From the NCBI GenBank assembly GCA_963575745.1, contig CAUYUJ010000170.1, forward strand, positions 372,001 to 436,000: 64,000 nucleotides of DNA, given 5' to 3'. The position numbers and the translations under genes are program-made. Positions 49,595 to 63,905 of this stretch are shown piece after piece. How positions within the stretch are numbered: position 1 is the first letter of the stretch; each line of letters opens with the position of its first letter. The notes beneath the pieces are model-generated. The model did not search any database and had not been told where the DNA came from. It saw only the letters and a program-made list of their open reading frames with translations. This DNA comes from Prorocentrum cordatum. Lineage: Eukaryota.

Positions 49595-51585
49595 TCTTCG
49601 GTGGATCCCCCTATGGGGCCACGAACCGTTTGAAGGGTGTGCCGAAATGGGTGTGGGGGCGGCATGCGAACGTTGCCACTGGGGCCTTCGGTGGAGCTCC
49701 TTATGGGGCCACGAAGCGTGTGAGGGGTGCACCGAAGTTGGTGTGGGGGCGGCATGCGAACGCAGCCACTGGGGCCTTCGGTGGAGCTCCCTGTGGGGCC
49801 ACGAAACGTGTGAGGGGTGTGCCGAAATTGGTGTGGGGGCGGCATGCGAACGCAGCCACTGGGGCCTTCGGTGGAGCTCCCTATGGGGCCACGAAACGTG
49901 TGAGGGGTGTGCCGAAATGGGTGTGGGGGCGCATGCGAACCCAGTCACTGGGGCCTTCAGTGGAAATCCCCATGGGGCCACGAAACGTGTGAGGGATGTG
50001 CCGAATGGGTGTTGGGGAGGCATACGAACCAGGCCACTGGGGCCTTCGGTGGAGCTCCCTATGGGGCCATGAAACGTGTGAGGGGTGTGCCGAGGGGTGT
50101 GCCGACATGGGTGGTGGGGAGGCATGCGGACCCTGCCACTGGGGCCTTCGGTGGAGCTCCCTATGGGGCCACGAAACGTGTGAGGGGTGTGCCGAAATGG
50201 GTGGTGGGGAGGCATGCGGACCCTGCCACTGGGGCCTTCGGTGGAGCTCCCTATGGGGCCACGCGTGTGAGGGGTGTGCCGAAATGGGTGGTGGGGAGGC
50301 ATGCGACCCTGCCACTGGGGCCTTCGGTGGAGCTCCCTATGGGCCACGAAACGTGTGAGGGGTGTGCCGAAATGGGTGGTGGGGAGGCATGCGAACCCTG
50401 ACACTGGGGCCTTCGGTGGAGCTCCCTATGGGGCCACGAAAACGTGCGGTGAGGGGTGTGCCGAAACGGGAGGCATGCGGACACTGGGGCCTTCACTATG
50501 GGGCCACGTGTGAGGGGTGTGCCGGTGGAGCTCCCGCCATTGGAACGAAACGTGTGAGGGGTGTGCCGAAATGGGTGGTGGGGAGGCATGCGAACCCTGC
50601 CACTGGGGCCTTCGGTGGAGCTCCCTATGGGGCCACGAAACGTGTGAGGGGTGTGCCGAAATGGGTGGTGGGGAGGCATGCGACCCTGCCACTGGGGCCT
50701 TCGGTGGAGCTCCCTATGGGGCCACGAAACGTGTGAGGGGTGTGCCGAAATGGGTGGTGGGGAGGCATGCGGACCCTGCCACTGGGGCCTTCGGTGGAGC
50801 TCCCTATGGGGCCACGAAACGTGTGAGGGGTGTGCCGAAATGGGTGGTGGGGAGGCATGCGAACCCAGCCACTGGGGCCTTCGGTGGAGCTCCCTATGGG
50901 GCCACGAAACGTGTGAGGGGTGTGCCGAAATGGGTGGTGGGAGGCATGCGAACCCTGCCACTGGGGCCTTCGGTGGAGCTCCCTATGGGGCCACGAAACG
51001 TGTGAGGGGTGTGCCGAAATGGGTGGTGGGGAGGCATGCGAACCCTGCCACTGGGGCCTTCGGTGGAGCTCCCTATGGGGCCACGAAACGTGTGAGGGGT
51101 GTGCCGAAATGGGTGGTGGGGAGGCATGCGGACCCTGCCACTGGGGCCTTCGGTGGAGCTCCCTATGGGGCCACGAAACGTGTGAGGGGTGTGCCGAAAT
51201 GTGTGAGGGGTGTGCGAAATGCGGGGGTGGGGGAGGCATGCGAACCCTGCCACTGGGGCCTTCGGTGGAGCTCCCTATGGGGCCACGAAACGTGTGAGGG
51301 GTGTGCCGAAATGGGTGGTGGGGAGGCATGCGAACGCAGCCACTGGGGCCTTCGGTGGAGCTCCCTATGGGGCCACGAAACGTGTGAGGGGTGTGCCGAA
51401 ATGGGTGGTGGGGAGGCATGCGGACCCTGCCACTGGGGCCTTCGGTGGAGCTCCCTATGGGGCCACGAAACGTGTGAGGGGTGTGCCGAAATGGGTGGTG
51501 GGGAGGCATGCGAACCCTGCCACTGGGGCCTTCGGTGGAGCTCCCTATGGGGCCACGAAACGTGTGAGGGGTGTGCCGAAATCGG
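49595..51585 (+). repeat. Tandem satellite array, 90-bp unit (same family as 1-775)
   Basis: tcggtggagc at 50701, 50791 and 50881; about 22 units, most homogeneous toward the right end. Confidence 0.95.
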
Positions 51586-51588
51586 TGG

Positions 51589-51705
<117 letters not shown>

Positions 51706-51710
51706 CGATG

Positions 51711-53982
51711 ATTTTTTTCCTGCGCGCGGGGGGCAACATGATTTGACAACGATGTCCGTAACACCCATGGTGCGCAGAACAAGGTGTGTGATCATGCGAC
51801 AATGCGCGAGCTCTAAACGAAAACGGCAGAAATTGAAACAGACCGAGGCTTGCCAAACAACTTTCTAGCGAGCAAGTCCAGAATTTGAAACAACGGGAAC
51901 CGCACCAACCGACCGCTGTCGTCACACGACTACCGTGTCGTGCCCATGCGAGCTGCGGAAGTTGAGGGCAATCATGGCAATCATTACAGTCGGACTCTCC
52001 TACCCCGGCCCGACAGCACCCGTCCCCGAGCCCTCCCCACCTCCCTGCCAACTGTGCTCTGCTCTGCCGCCGAATGCTCGCCGTGCGAGCTCTGGAGAGC
52101 GGCCGAAAGCCGGCTACACAGATTGCCACGGCGGGCGTCAGAAAAAAACTCTACCTTCCGCGGGCTGCGAGACAAAAGCGTGTCCTGAACTGTACACATA
52201 CATAGATCGCATGCTGTAAGCCGCGGTTTAAATCGAAGTCGCTTCGAACGCGCCCGAACAAGCGATCCTGATTCGAAAATCTAAAAAATGTGAAGGCACG
52301 TGCACTTACACGATACAACCGCAATAGACAACTTCACGTGCGATCAACATATTAGCCGGATGGCATTTAAACTCTTGTGCCAGCCACCGTCCCGCCCGAG
52401 GTCAAAATATGTTTCGCCTGAGGCACGGTGCATGGGCGCATGGCCAATCAAAGCCAGACCCGATCTGATTTAGAGGCACCTGCGAAGCTAGGGCCCCCTG
52501 TATCCACAATAGCGGTGACGGTGACGCTTCATACCCGACGCGCTTCGACGTATGTGGCCTCGCCATGTCCGACGGTACTCAGGTCGAGATGCCCATCCAG
52601 ACACCACACGTAAAACCCCCGCACCCCCCGACAACACCCCAGCCTATCTCCCCATATCTCCCCCTTCAGTTCCCCCGTCATATCTCGTTGTTACCTAGCA
52701 GACTGTGAGCCCATTTGGCCACCGCTTCCTGCGGAGAGGACGCTCCCATCCTGGCCTGCCGCATCAGATGGCAGGCAACACCAGACCTCTAAGAAGTGGT
52801 GCAATCTATACCATCGCAACGGCAAAGGGGATGCCGCTGCAACCTGGGCTTGAGCATTTGTGACGCCCACAGCGGCGCGCCGCTCGTTGCGCTCCACCAC
52901 ACTATCGCTACACATGTGAAATCAGCCGCTAGTTGCAAGATGTCCAGCAGACGCTGTCATCTTCTGACAGCTGGGCAGACTCGCCAGCAACTCGAATAGC
53001 AACTTGGCATGTCCGGCGAGAGATTTGGGCGGATTGAAACCCCGCTCGCAAATCGATCCCTCGATAATGTATGATACAGGGCAAGCAAAAGTACAAATGT
53101 GGTACACCTTGCACAACGGATGCGGAGGATGGGGGAGCGGAGAGGGTCCGCTAACCTCGAAGAACACCGCTGCATTCGCCTTCAAGGCAAACGCACTGGG
53201 ATGCGGAAGGCTGTGCAACGCAACCCGTGCGCATAGCCCACACGAGCTCTACGAATCCTCGACCCTGGCGGCTCCCCCCACTGCGCAGCACCGCCGGACG
53301 ATCAGTGAAATCCGACCTGCACGTGCTGCCGCGCCCAGGAACTGTACGAATCGCGCCACTGGGCAAGCAAGGCTTGCGGGTCCTTCGACAGCTCTTGTGG
53401 GGCCCGGGAGCTGGCCGAACTTGGACAAGTGCTCGAACTCGTCGACACCTGCCGCGAAAAACTCGCCGGATAATCATCATCGAATTCGCCCCTGCCGGCA
53501 CGCTTGGCGGATGATGTCTTGCCTGCATTACGGCTGGGATTGCTGGCGCAGCTGGAACACGTCCTGCTGCAGGCGCTACCAGCGCTGCTGCCGCTGAGGC
53601 GTCCGCTGGCCGCCGATTGCGTGATCCGCGCAACGCCATCTTTCGACACCCTCCACCTGGTGTCCACGGTGACGGACAAGCCCCGTCGGCTTGCGAGGCT
53701 GGGGTTCGCAGTGCGCCCACACGACTCGCACAAGCGGCCATGCAGCATCGTGAGGCGCGTCTCCATCTGTCCCGTGATGTCTGTGCTGAAATCTCTGGCG
53801 AGTGGGGTCACGTCGGATGACTCTTTCACGAAATTCGCCATTCTTCCAAGCCGCGGTACCAGGAGCCCGAGCTCAGCTGTGGACTTGAAACTGAAGCGCC
53901 GGCACGGCTGCGAAGTCGGCATATCGGAGATCCTCTGCGAAAAAGTGCGCCAGGCCGAAACTTGAGCCAAAATGGCTACGGA
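51711..53982 (-). mobile_element. SL-capped retrocopy (~2.27 kb) of an unidentified transcript, inserted in (CAT)n
   Basis: Complete SL at 53961-53982, short A7 at the 3' end (51712-51718), and plus-strand (GAT)n on both sides (51587-51710 and 53981-54115). Only broken ORFs (MPTSQPCRRF.../MANFVKESSD...). Confidence 0.8.
53961..53982 (-). other. Complete 22-nt dinoflagellate spliced leader (second copy)
   Basis: CTTGAGCCAAAATGGCTACGGA on the plus strand. Followed on the minus strand by TTTCGG, not GT. Confidence 0.97.
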
Positions 53983-53989
53983 TGATGAA

Positions 53990-54062
<73 letters not shown>

Positions 54063-54072
54063 CTGATGATGC

Positions 54073-54116
<44 letters not shown>

Positions 54117-54149
54117 GGAGGAGGGAGGGGGGGAAGAGGAGGAGGAGGT

Positions 54150-54209
54150 GAGGAACGCGGGGCGCCGTCTCTTCAAAACGAGGACCCAACACCACAGGAT
54201 GGTTGGGAA
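54150..54209 (+). repeat. ~60-bp dispersed terminal motif (copy 2)
   Basis: One mismatch to 833-892. Confidence 0.9.
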
Positions 54210-54423
54210 AAGTGCCAGGATCTCACGGAATCGGTGTCTCCAGATCCCGACGTCGTGAAAGTCTGGACCCTTTCCTGGGGACCGGTTTCTCGTCCTGAGT
54301 CGCTTTCTGACGGTCCAGGGGACCGGGAAGGGCCCGGAGGCCGAAAATAGCGAAAAACCTCCCGCCGCGATTTGTTCGCAACGCGAGGGGGTCTGGGTCT
54401 TCTGCTCCCCTGATTCGGTTGAT

Positions 54424-54920
54424 CCAAAAGGGGGTCCAGCTGAACGGGGTGCTGCAATAGATTTGGGGCGATGGTATTGCACATGTATTGCGCCCGAGAA
54501 TTACATGGCATCGTATTGCAACTAATGCGTTGCACGCGAAGACCCAACAGTACCTCTGCGCACCAGAGCGTATTGCACGCCCCAACTCTGTTGCAACCCC
54601 ACAAATCGATTGCCCCAAATCTATTGCTAGAGGCCTCCTCGATGGGGTCGGAGTAGATGGGGTCGAAGGATCGCGCCGCATCGGCGATACATCGGCGATG
54701 CATCGGCCATGCATCGGCGATGCATCGGCGATGCACTGGCGATGCATCCGCGACGTCGGCGACTCATCGGCGACGTCTGCGTGAAGCAAGTCGAGCTCCG
54801 CATCGAGCCGCATCGGCGATGCATCGGCGATGCGGCGCAATCCTCCGACCCCATCCACTCGGACCCCATCTAGGAGGCCTAGAATTGCAACACCCCCTTT
54901 TCGCTGGACCCCCTCTTGGG
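54424..54920. mobile_element. Nested inverted-repeat (MITE-like) element with an internal 11-bp catcggcgatg array
   Basis: Outer arms ccaaaagggggtccagc / gctggaccccctcttgg. Inner arms aggcctcctcgatggggtcggagtagatggggtcg / cgaccccatccactcggaccccatctaggaggcct. Confidence 0.7.
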
Positions 54921-54930
54921 TCATACAGGC

Positions 54931-55127
54931 CTGAGCTCCAGGCCCGACGCCGTGTCGCTCCAGGCCGGGGTTCGCCGTACCCGCGGCCCCGGCGGCCCCG
55001 GCGGCGGCGCCGCCGTCGACCCCGGGCAGAGACGCGGCCTCCAGCATCGCCAGGGGGGCCGAGGGTGCTTCTGTGCACCGGGAGTCGGTGAGGCCCTCCA
55101 TGTAGTGCACGGCCGTCGGGAGGATGC
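54931..55127 (-). CDS. Probable exon 2 of the membrane-protein gene (GILPTAVHYMEG...GPGAQ)
   Basis: cccagag|GC acceptor is phase-compatible with the exon 1 phase-1 donor (GAT G|gcgag). CAG|gc donor, phase 0. Confidence 0.55.
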
Positions 55128-56287
55128 CTCTGGGCTGCTCTCGGGGGGATCCCAAAACCGTATGGTGACAGGCCGTGCGGCGACCTCGGAACCCCAGGAG
55201 ACCTCACCGCACGGTCCGTCTCCGCACGGTCTTGGGAGCCTGGAGGCCCCTCTCGCCCGAGGCATCCTCGAAGAACGACCCAAGTCCCAAAACCGTGCGG
55301 TGACCCCGAATCCCCACAGACTCACCACACAGTGTGGTCACCACCCCGTTTGGGGGCCCCCACGTAAGACTCGGGCACGGGGGACCCGGGTTGGCCTGAC
55401 GGGACCACCATAAAAATGACGAGACCCCATCTGTAATTTGGCGCGAGCTCTCGCTGCAAACATCCCACGAAAACTGGACCGTCAAAATCCAGGGCGGGCT
55501 CGTCAAAAAGCGATGGTGAACCCGAGTTCCAGCATACTCGAGTCTTACGGTTCCCCGATACTCTGCGCTTGGTAACAGGAATGGGGGGGTCACCCTCCGA
55601 CGGGGGTCACTGTCAACCTGGCCGCGCACGTGGGCCAGGGGGTTTGGCTTTTGCGGCGGGTGGCGTGGGCCGACTGGGGTCCACGTCGCGCGGCAGCACC
55701 TGCCCGCGACGGGGGTCGATTTGGGGCTGTCGGCGGGGGTGGCGCCCCGCCAACGCTCATTACCAAACGCAGAAAACGCACAAGAGCAGCCCTGGATCAG
55801 AGCGACCCTTGGTGCGCGGCTTCAGGGGGCCGCGGGGGGCCCAAGCCAAGCGCGCGGGCCAGTGCCGCGGGGGGGCCCTGTGGTCCCGTGCCAGATGTCA
55901 TTCAGGCGAAGAGTCACCCTTACTAAAACAGGGCTAAGATCGGGATAAATCGCTCCAGAGCGTTCCGGAGCGCTCTCAGAGCGTTCCGGAACGCTCTGGA
56001 GCGGCCGCGGCGCCCAATACATCCTCCAAACCCGCCGATTCTCAGAGATTTCGAATTATCCCGATCCGATTTTGTCCCGATCTTCGCGTCGTTTTACGAA
56101 GAGTCACCCTTACACCCAGCCGAGCCTTGCGACGGAACTTCGAAGCCAAGGGCCATCGGCATGGACGGCGGGGTCCCGAAGAGCAGCACGGACCAGTCGC
56201 GCCGGGTGCACCAGGCCGCGCCCTGCCAGCCCTCCAGCTCAGTCTCATGTCGCGGGGGTGCCGCCGTTCCCACTTGGGCCAGCTCGC

Positions 56288-56855
56288 CATCTCCGGCGTG
56301 ATTGGCCGCCATCACAAGCGCGTCCCTCGCGTAAGGCCCGCTGCGGACGTAGCTGGCCAAGGCCGTGGTGCAAATCTTCTGATCCATCAGAGTCTTGTTG
56401 AATAGTAAGGCAAACGGGAAACCCAAGTAAATAACAAATGGGAAACCAAAATTGATCACCCAAGACCTCCGTAACAGCGTAACGCTGTGCCCGAATTGAA
56501 CTGGTCGCGAGTGCTGGTAGCTCTCGAAACAATAGTAGAGCGCGATCAATGATACGCCCACTCCAGCAAATTCTGCGATCTGCTGAGCGAGAACCATGCG
56601 TCCCATGACTTGTTTCAGATCCTCTGGAATCCCATCCATCATGGTCTTCATGCCGAGGGCGGCGTCTATCAGTTCCAGGATGCCAGCTACCACCCAGCAG
56701 CCAAGGCAAAGCAAAAGGTGGGTGCCGCGCCAATACAGGAACCGGTCCGTAAAGGTCTCGCGGCCTCTCTCGATGCCCGGAACATAGTCCACATCTGCGA
56801 TGGATTTTGTCGTAGTCTTGCACCTGTGGATGCACCCGCGGCAGCAACCGCACAT
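56288..56855 (-). CDS. Probable exon 1 of a multi-pass membrane protein gene
   Basis: ATG at 56855 with an upstream in-frame stop. Three hydrophobic segments (HLLLCLGCWVVAGIL; FAGVGVSLIALYYCF; WVINFGFPFVIYLGFPFALLF). GC donor G|gcgag at 56287. Confidence 0.75.
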
Positions 56856-57996
56856 GACGGGACTGGCCCGAGACAGTCACGTCGGGGCAGGAGCTAGGGA
56901 CCCCCGCAGGGGCGAATATTTACGAAGACTCCGGCGAGAGGATGAGGAACGCAGGCTCCCGCGTGGTAGCCATGACGAAAGAACTGCTGCGAGCGCCTCG
57001 TCGTCCTCCCTGTGCCCACAGTCCCCACTGGTCATCCTCCTCCACCCCCTTGTCCTGCTGCTCCCTCGCTCGTCTCTCTGCTCATCACCCTCTTCAGCAT
57101 CCTGATCGTCCTCCTCCTCCTCCATCTCCTCAGCTTGCCCCTCCTCCTCCACCTCCTCATTCATGTTCCAGCTACGCCCTTCGTTTCCACACGTCGTAAT
57201 CGTAATCCTCCTTTTTCTGCTCCTCCATAGCATCGATTTCCTCCGCTCGCCCCCTATGCATCTCCATCGCCAACATCTTGACATTCCGGATCCTCATCGT
57301 CGTCACGGTCACTGTAACTGAACATCACCACCATTACAATCATACGCCATCGTAATCGCCATCGCTATCGGCATGGGCACCAACATCATCACCAACACCC
57401 AACTCCACTTGCATCAGTACCACCAACATCACCATCAACATAATCAGCAACACCATCAGCAATAGCAGCAGCATCACCGCCGCCACCACCACCACCAACA
57501 ACACCATACGAACCAGGCTTGTGCTGCCCTCGCGCTCTCCGCTCCCTTGGTGGGCAAATGTTCCACCACCACTACCATATGTAGGACGGGGGATGAAGGG
57601 GGATGAGGAGCTCCTCCTCCTCCTGTTCTTAGTATTATGATTATTCTTAGTATACTCAGTATTCGCATCATTCTTATTAGCATTAGTAACTTTATTATTA
57701 TTATTCCTCTTATAACGATTCGTATTCTTCTCCTCCTCCTCCTCCTCCTCATCCTCCTCCTCCTCCCTCTTCCTCCTCCTCCTCCTCTCCCACCTCCCCC
57801 TCCTCCTCCTCCTCCTCCTCCTCCGCCTCCTCCCTCTCCTACCTGTGGTAGTGGTGGTGGAAAAGCGCGCACCTGCTGCATCGGACTCGGCTGCCAGCCG
57901 CCCCATGCCGGGCACCACGGCACACGCACCGTGGAGCTCGACGTCGGCCCTCGGCCGGTTCGAACCACTCCCGCGCAGAATTTGTTCTATGTGTTT

Positions 57997-58056
57997 TTCC
58001 GAACCATCCTGCGGGGTTGGGTCCTCGTTTTGAGGAGACAGCGCCCCGCGGTCCTT
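57997..58056 (-). repeat. ~60-bp dispersed terminal motif (copy 3, diverged)
   Basis: Reverse complement reads aaggaccgcggggcgctgtctcctcaaaacgaggacccaaccccgcaggatggttcggaa, followed by A-rich sequence. Confidence 0.85.
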
Positions 58057-58119
58057 CCTTCCTTCCTTCCTCCATCCTCCGCCTCCTCCCTCCTCGAAGG
58101 CGTTTCTTCATGTTCGGCG

Positions 58120-59495
58120 ATGACGGGCGTCATGGGGGGGGGAAGGGCGGGAGGGGGGTATGACGTGACGCCCCCCCCCCGCCGTGTGGCTCCAGCACCA
58201 CAGCCGCGCCCGCGCGCGCGACGCGACGAGCGACGAGCGACGAGCGACGGCGACGACGCGAGCAGCATGTAAGTGGCGATCTGCCATTGCGCCTGTGTCC
58301 ACCACAACGCTCGCGTAGCGTGCACCACACCGCGCGCGTGCACCACAGCGCCTGCGTACACTGCAACAGCCGTGTGCAACGCACCGCCCGTGTATACCAC
58401 AATACTTGGGAGCACCACAGCGCCGGTGTACATACACCGCAGCAGCCATGTGCAACACAACGCTTGTGTACACCACAGTGCGTGCGTGCACCGCAGCGCC
58501 TGTGCACGCCACAGCGCCTGTCTACACCACAGCATGCGCGTGCAACGCAACGCTGGTGTACACTACAGTGCCTGCGTGCATAGGACAGGTAGAAGGAGCA
58601 TGTACGTCAGGATGTGATGCGGGCAACTAAACGCCACGCCAGGAAAAAAACTGAGAATCGAATGCGACATGTTTACCTCCCCCCTCCTCCTCCACCTCCT
58701 CCTCCTCCTCCTCGTCCTCTTTTTCCTCCTTCTTACCCCCTGTCGTGCGGCTTCGCGTTGCAACGCACGTGCGCATCTCAGCGTGCACCGCAGAATGGTC
58801 GATTGAATCGGTCCACTTGGTTCTCGGACGGCCAGTTTAGCTGGAGCCTCCTGGACGCAAATGGGAGTTAGCGTGATGCGGGCAGACTCGGGGGGACTCG
58901 TAGATTCCAGCGGCGCTCCTTTTTCCATGAGAATTTGTTTTCCATTGTTTTCTCTGGAATCCACACGCGCTCCATTTTGTCACAAGGATTCCTTCTGAAA
59001 TTCTATGCACAACAATGGTGCTGTGATGTACACGGCTGATGTGGTGCACACAGGCGCCGTGGCGTACACAGGCACTGCAATGCACGCAGGCATTGTGGTG
59101 TACACTGGTGCTGTGTTGCGCACGGCTGATATGGTGTACGGAGGCGCTGTGGTGTACACAGGAGCTGCTGTGCCCGCAGGCACGGTGGCACAAACTGACG
59201 CTGTGTTGCACGCGGCTGCTGTGGTGTACATCGGCGGCGTGGTGTGCACAAGCGCTGTGGTGCACGCGGGCACTGTGATGTACACAGGCGTTGTGGTGCA
59301 TATCGCCACCTACATGTACGTGTTACCCGTCCTCCGTCATTCCTAACCATTCCCAAACGCCGCCGGCGCGAAACGTGACGTCATCGACCCCCTCCCCCCC
59401 CAGATGATTGCCGTCATCGGCCCGGACTTAACAGCCGCGTCCGCGCGCACGACGACGATGAGCAACGAGCGACGAAACACGAGCGACGACGACGA

Positions 59496-59532
<37 letters not shown>

Positions 59533-59683
59533 CGCCTGCGGACCAGACACCTATGCGGACTCCTACGCGGACACCTGCGCGGATCCCAATGCGCACGGCG
59601 GCAGTGGCCGGAGCGCACTGGGGGGGGGGGAGCGTTACGTCATAGGGGGGGGGAGGGGGGGCGGGGGCCATGACGCCCGTCAT
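58120..59683. mobile_element. Foldback-like element: outer inverted repeats and inverted arrays of an 18-bp unit
   Basis: atgacgggcgtcatgg (58120) is inverted at 59668-59683. The array of tgcaccacagcgcctgtg-like units (58265-58580) faces its reverse complement (59010-59318), including the end catgtaagtggcgat / atcgccacctacatg. Confidence 0.75.
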
Positions 59684-59756
59684 GCCCCAAGCCATAAAGA
59701 AATGGCCTCCTCCCATCCCTGCTTCTGCCCTACACATGCCCTCATCTCATCACCAT

Positions 59757-61178
59757 CATGCGCACCCGCACCCGATTCGGCACAAATTTCACACGCTTCG
59801 TGGCCCCGACAGGCTCCACCGAAGACCCCAGCGGCAAGTTTCGCATGGCGTACCCGCACCCGACTCGGCACACCCTTCCCGCGCATCGTGGCCCCATAAG
59901 GAGCCCCACCGAAGGTCCCAGCGGCCAGATCCGCATGGCGAACCCACATCCGATCCGCACACGTTTCGTTGCCCCATTGGGAGCTTCACCGAAGGCCCCA
60001 GCGGAAGGGTCGCACCTTATTCGGCACACCTCGCATTCGCTTCGTGGCCCCGAAAGGAGCTCCACCGAAGTCCCCAGCGGCAAGGTCCGCACGGCGTACC
60101 CGCACAAGATTCGGCACACCTCTCACACGCATCGCGGCCCCACACAGAGCTCGATCGAAGGCCCCAACGGCACGGTCCGCATGGCGCACCTGCACCTGCA
60201 CCCGATTCGGCACACCCCTCCCACGCACCGTGGCCCCATAGGGAGCACCACCGAAGGTCCCAGCGGCCGGGTCTGAATGGTGTACCCGCGCTCGATTTGG
60301 CACACCCCTCCTACGCATCATGGCCCCATAGGAGCTCCTCCGAAGGCCCCAGCGGCAAGGTCCGCATGGCGCAACCGCGCCCGATTCGGAACACCCCGGA
60401 CACGTTCCGTGGCCCCAGAGAGAGCTTTACCGAAGGCCCCAGCGGCAGGAGCCGCATGGCGCACCCGCACCCGATGCGGCACAACCCTCACACGTTTCAG
60501 GGAGCTCCACGGAAAGCCCCAACGGAACGGTCCGCATGGCGCACCCGCACCCGATTCGGAACACCCCTCACACCTTTCGCAACCCCACCCGCACCCGACT
60601 CGGCACACCCCTCATACGCTTCGTGACCCCACACGGAGCTCCACCGAAAGCCCCAACGGCAGGGTCCGCATGGCGCACCCGCATCCAAGTCGGCACATCC
60701 CTCACACGCATCGTGGCCCCGAAGGAAGCTCCACCGAAGGCCCCAGCCGCGAGGTCCGCATGGCGCACCCGCGCCCGCTTTGGCACACCTCTCATTCACC
60801 AAGTGGTCCCGAAGGGAGCACCACCGAAGTCCCCAACGTCACGTTCCGCATGGCGTACGCGCGCACGATGCAGCACAACCCTCACACGCATCGCGGCCCC
60901 ATAGGAACCCCACCGAAAGCCCATGCGGCAGGGCCCGCACGGCGCACCCGCACCCGACTCGGAACACCCCTCACAAGCTCCGTGGCCCCATAGAGAGCTG
61001 CACCGAAGGCCTCAGCGAAAGGGTCCGCATGGCGCACCCGCACCCTGTGCGGCACAACCCTCACACGTTTCGCGGCCCTGGCGGAAGTTCCACCGAAGGC
61101 CCCAGCGGCAGGGTGCGCATGGCGCACACGCACCTGACCCGGCACACCCCTCACACGTGCCGTGGCACCATAGGGCGC
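59757..61178 (-). repeat. Old, diverged array of the ~90-bp satellite in reverse orientation
   Basis: gtggccccatagggagctccaccgaaggccccagcggcagggtccgcatggcg variants at ~90-bp period. Confidence 0.9.
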
Positions 61179-61179
61179 A

Positions 61180-62902
<1,723 letters not shown>

Positions 62903-63014
62903 TCCTTATTAGAGTATACTCTTACTCCCCCCTCTGGCCGGCCGATAGCGACCCCATCCGGGCCCTCCCATCCAAATTTGTAAAGAAAAAATGCAAAGTC
63001 TGAGTTTTTCTCTC

Positions 63015-63505
63015 AACATGGCTTTTCTTGTCGCTGACGATGCGAAATGCGTAGCAGGAATTAGACGCGCACACAACGCGCGCGGCCGTCAATCCGGGCC
63101 GTCCAATCCGAACTGTCAAAAACCAATACGAAGTCATTATTTATCTCTCGGCATAGCCTGTTTTGTCGCCGACGATGCGAAATACGTGGCGGGAACGGGA
63201 CGCGGCGCACATCGCGCGCGGACATCAATCTGGGCCCACCCATCCTGACTGATATAAATCAATACAGCGTCTCCGTCGTTCCTCTCAAAATGGCCTGTCT
63301 TGTCGTCGACGATGCGAAATTCATAGCAGGAGCGGGGCGCGGCGCACATCGCGCGCGGACGTGTGGGCCAACCCCAAACGGGAGCGGCCAGCCTACCTAT
63401 CAAACACTAATACAAAGTCGACATGTTTCTTCTCAGCGAGGACTTCCTTGTCGTCGGCTTTGCGAAATGCGTGGCAAGAACGGGGCGCGGTGCACATCGC
63501 GCGAG
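63015..63505 (+). repeat. Four diverged ~135-150-bp tandem repeats
   Basis: ttgtcg(c/t)(t/c)gacgatgcgaaat....g(c/t)aggaac.gg.cgcggcgcacatcgcgcg recurring at ~63028, ~63163, ~63300 and ~63448. Confidence 0.8.
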
Positions 63506-63617
63506 ACAGGGCAAAATGTCGCTCCCGCTTCGGCGCCGCGCGCATGTTTTCTGAAAGCTGCGCTCCCGCCAAGGTGCGGCGCACATTTTTCGCTCGCCAA
63601 TTCGTCGAATGCCTACG

Positions 63618-63905
63618 GACCCCTGGGCCCCCCAGGGTCTCCTGGAACATCCTGGAGTTTCCCGGGGCTTCCCCGGGGCCTCGTGGATCCTCCGGGGGCC
63701 TCCTGAGGCATCCTTGGGGTTCCTTTGAGTCATCGGGGCTTCCTGACACCTCCGAGGGTTTCCTGGAGCCTCTTGGAACCTCCTGGAGTTTCCTGGGCCC
63801 TCCTGAAGCCTCCTGGGGCTTCCTGGGGTTCGCTAGGGTTTCCTGCAACCTCCTAGGGCCTCCTGAGGCCTCCTAGGGCCTCCTGAGGCTTCCTGGGGCC
63901 TCCTC
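63618..63905 (+). repeat. Degenerate 10-bp repeat (gggcctcctg-like)
   Basis: Direct inspection. Confidence 0.8.

Noticed and set aside
49595..51585. CRISPR-like array in the regularly spaced repeats (also 1-775, 1300-1660, 32400-33550)
   Set aside because: Units are repeated head to tail with no unique spacers, there are no cas genes, and the context is eukaryotic.
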